A stretch of DNA of 64,000 nt. Origin: Camelus dromedarius (taxonomy: Eukaryota). The notes under the pieces are model-generated. The model had not been told where the DNA came from and did not search any database. It saw only the letters and a list, made by a program, of their open reading frames with translations. Location of the stretch: the NCBI RefSeq assembly GCF_036321535.1, contig NC_087437.1:44270001-44334000 (forward strand). Reading direction: 5' to 3'. Shown piece after piece: positions 62,309 through 64,000 of this stretch. The position numbers were made by a program, and so were the translations under genes. The first letter of the stretch is position 1. The number at the start of each line of letters is the position of its first letter.

Positions 62309-64000
62309 GCTGATTTGGAGATTGGTAAGGTCAGGGCATTCATGTAGTAAATTCCCTCGTTGCAGTTGCTGAACAAGAAAGTAATAGTGCTGTGATCATA
62401 TTTCTAAATGGCATTCATAATAGATAACTTATTAGAAGGAAACCTTTTTTATCATGTATTTATCATCTAAAATACTTGCCAGGTGTTGTGTTAAGCTGAA
62501 TCTATAGCAGCCAGAGACTGTATTTTATATGTTGAAATTTCAGCCTATTTCTGTATTCATCTTTTATTTCTACATAATTTACTTAGTTTCAGCCAGTAAA
62601 AATGTATGAAAGAAAGCATTCAGAAGTATCAATTTTTTAAACTAATCATATGCATAGTAAGACTAAAAATTTATTTTTTTATTGATCTAAGCTTGTCATA
62701 GTCTAGGAAAAATACCTTTCAGTTCAACTTATATTTGCTTTCTTTCCCTTACGGAGGAATAAGTGTATATAAAAGATAAATGTTCTAGTATATTGAGTTT
62801 TGAAAACAATTTAGCCTTTGTGGGCCTGGGTGGGAAGGGATCTCACCTAAGTGAATAAGATATGTTGAAAACATGGAGAATATTTTGTACTTTGCAGAAA
62901 AATTGCATTTTATTAAAAAAAAAAAAGGCTAAGTGATACAATATAGAATGTAAGGATGGTTACAGATGTTTCTGTTTGAAGAAATGTAAGTTTCTATGAG
63001 CTGGTCTACACCAAAGTGCTATCTTTTAGAGGAAGATCGATGTGGTAGATTCTAAAATCTAGTTCATGTGTTTTTAAATTTACTCTTACTCATCTAGGGG
63101 AGGTGAAAAGTAATAAGACAATATAAAAGAAATATCATGTATACATGTTGTAGAAAATATATAATGTTTGGCATAATTAAACAATCATGTCTAAGACATG
63201 CTGATTTTCCTGAAGATTTCTTTTTATAATATAGTCTTTGTTGTACTTGGGAATTTTAAAGTTCTGGTGAAAAAAATGTGAAATGTCCTTTACTTGACCT
63301 CAGGGGACACAGGTTTTTAAAGAGAGATACATTCTTTGTGGGACAAATTAAATAATTTGTGCTAACTCCAAATTGAATGTGTAGTTAGTTTTATTTAGTA
63401 GTTTATTACTTAGTTTAACTTTTAAGGAGTTCATTTTAAACAGATGAAGAGAAAACTGTCAGTGCAGAGGTTTATATTTTTGTAAAAGCTAAGTTCTTTT
63501 CTTTAAGGCAAGATAAATTTTAAAAGAAATGGATTTCTGATGGATTTATAATAAACATAAACTGACTATACCAAGTAAGAGGTTAAAATGTTTCATTGTA
63601 CATGTTGTCACGTACTTACTTCCTTGGAAATTTTCCTTAAAATACTTTGCATTTTGTTACATCAGATGGCTCTATCTACCTTTTACCCAGATACTCCTCT
63701 CCTGGAAGATAGAATTTAGTGTAAATTTATAAATGTGTAATGAGTCCAAAAGTGGTAGTAAGGGTGTCAGGAAGATATCCATCATGGTGAGGAGTTAATA
63801 TCTGTATCTGCATTACATTCTAATTGATGGCTCTGTCTGATGTTTGAAAAGCATTAAATTGCTGATGTACATGTGATGGAATACCTATTGTCAGGCTAGA
63901 AATGAAAACTCTGTGTCATCACTGCAGTTGGTTTTTAAATGATTTGTAGAGAAATGACTGAATGTTTGTATTAGAAGTCAGAGTTAGGGATCTCACATTT

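Noticed and set aside
1..64000. The 60-142 aa ORFs of the supplied track as genes
   Set aside because: None resembles a protein I recognise apart from L1 remnants. Many start at non-ATG codons or lie in repeats, and their number and length are what chance gives in mammalian non-coding DNA.

Overview
This is AT-rich, CpG-poor mammalian nuclear DNA, almost certainly from a camelid (alpaca, llama or camel). The evidence is two copies of the tRNA-Ala-derived camelid SINE (vic-1 type) and the absence of any ruminant or pig SINE that I could recognise. I found no recognisable protein-coding exon, RNA gene, CRISPR array or prokaryote-type system. The short ORFs in the track are chance ORFs or decayed L1/L2/MIR/LTR sequence. 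The window is a patchwork of ancient interspersed repeats (L2, L3, MIR, MamSINE1, MaLR/ERVL LTRs, hAT MITEs, old L1) plus a few younger insertions with visible target-site duplications (L1 3' ends, an ERV1-type solo LTR, SINEs). Between the repeats are unique stretches that look like distal regulatory DNA. Most LTRs and L1s lie on the minus strand, which suggests (inference) a very long intron of a plus-strand gene. The most unusual items are: a decayed ~102-bp tandem duplication with a perfectly kept 14-bp core (26.1-26.4 kb); a ~100-bp tail-to-tail chimera of two internal L1 ORF2 fragments (40.5 kb); an inverted SINE pair (51-52.6 kb); co-oriented CTCF-like motifs next to TALE/HOX motif clusters (52-61 kb); and several unproven cryptic exon or recursive-splice candidates. 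Repeat family names come from remembered consensus sequences, and boundaries of old elements are approximate. I cannot support a claim of a new biological system here.
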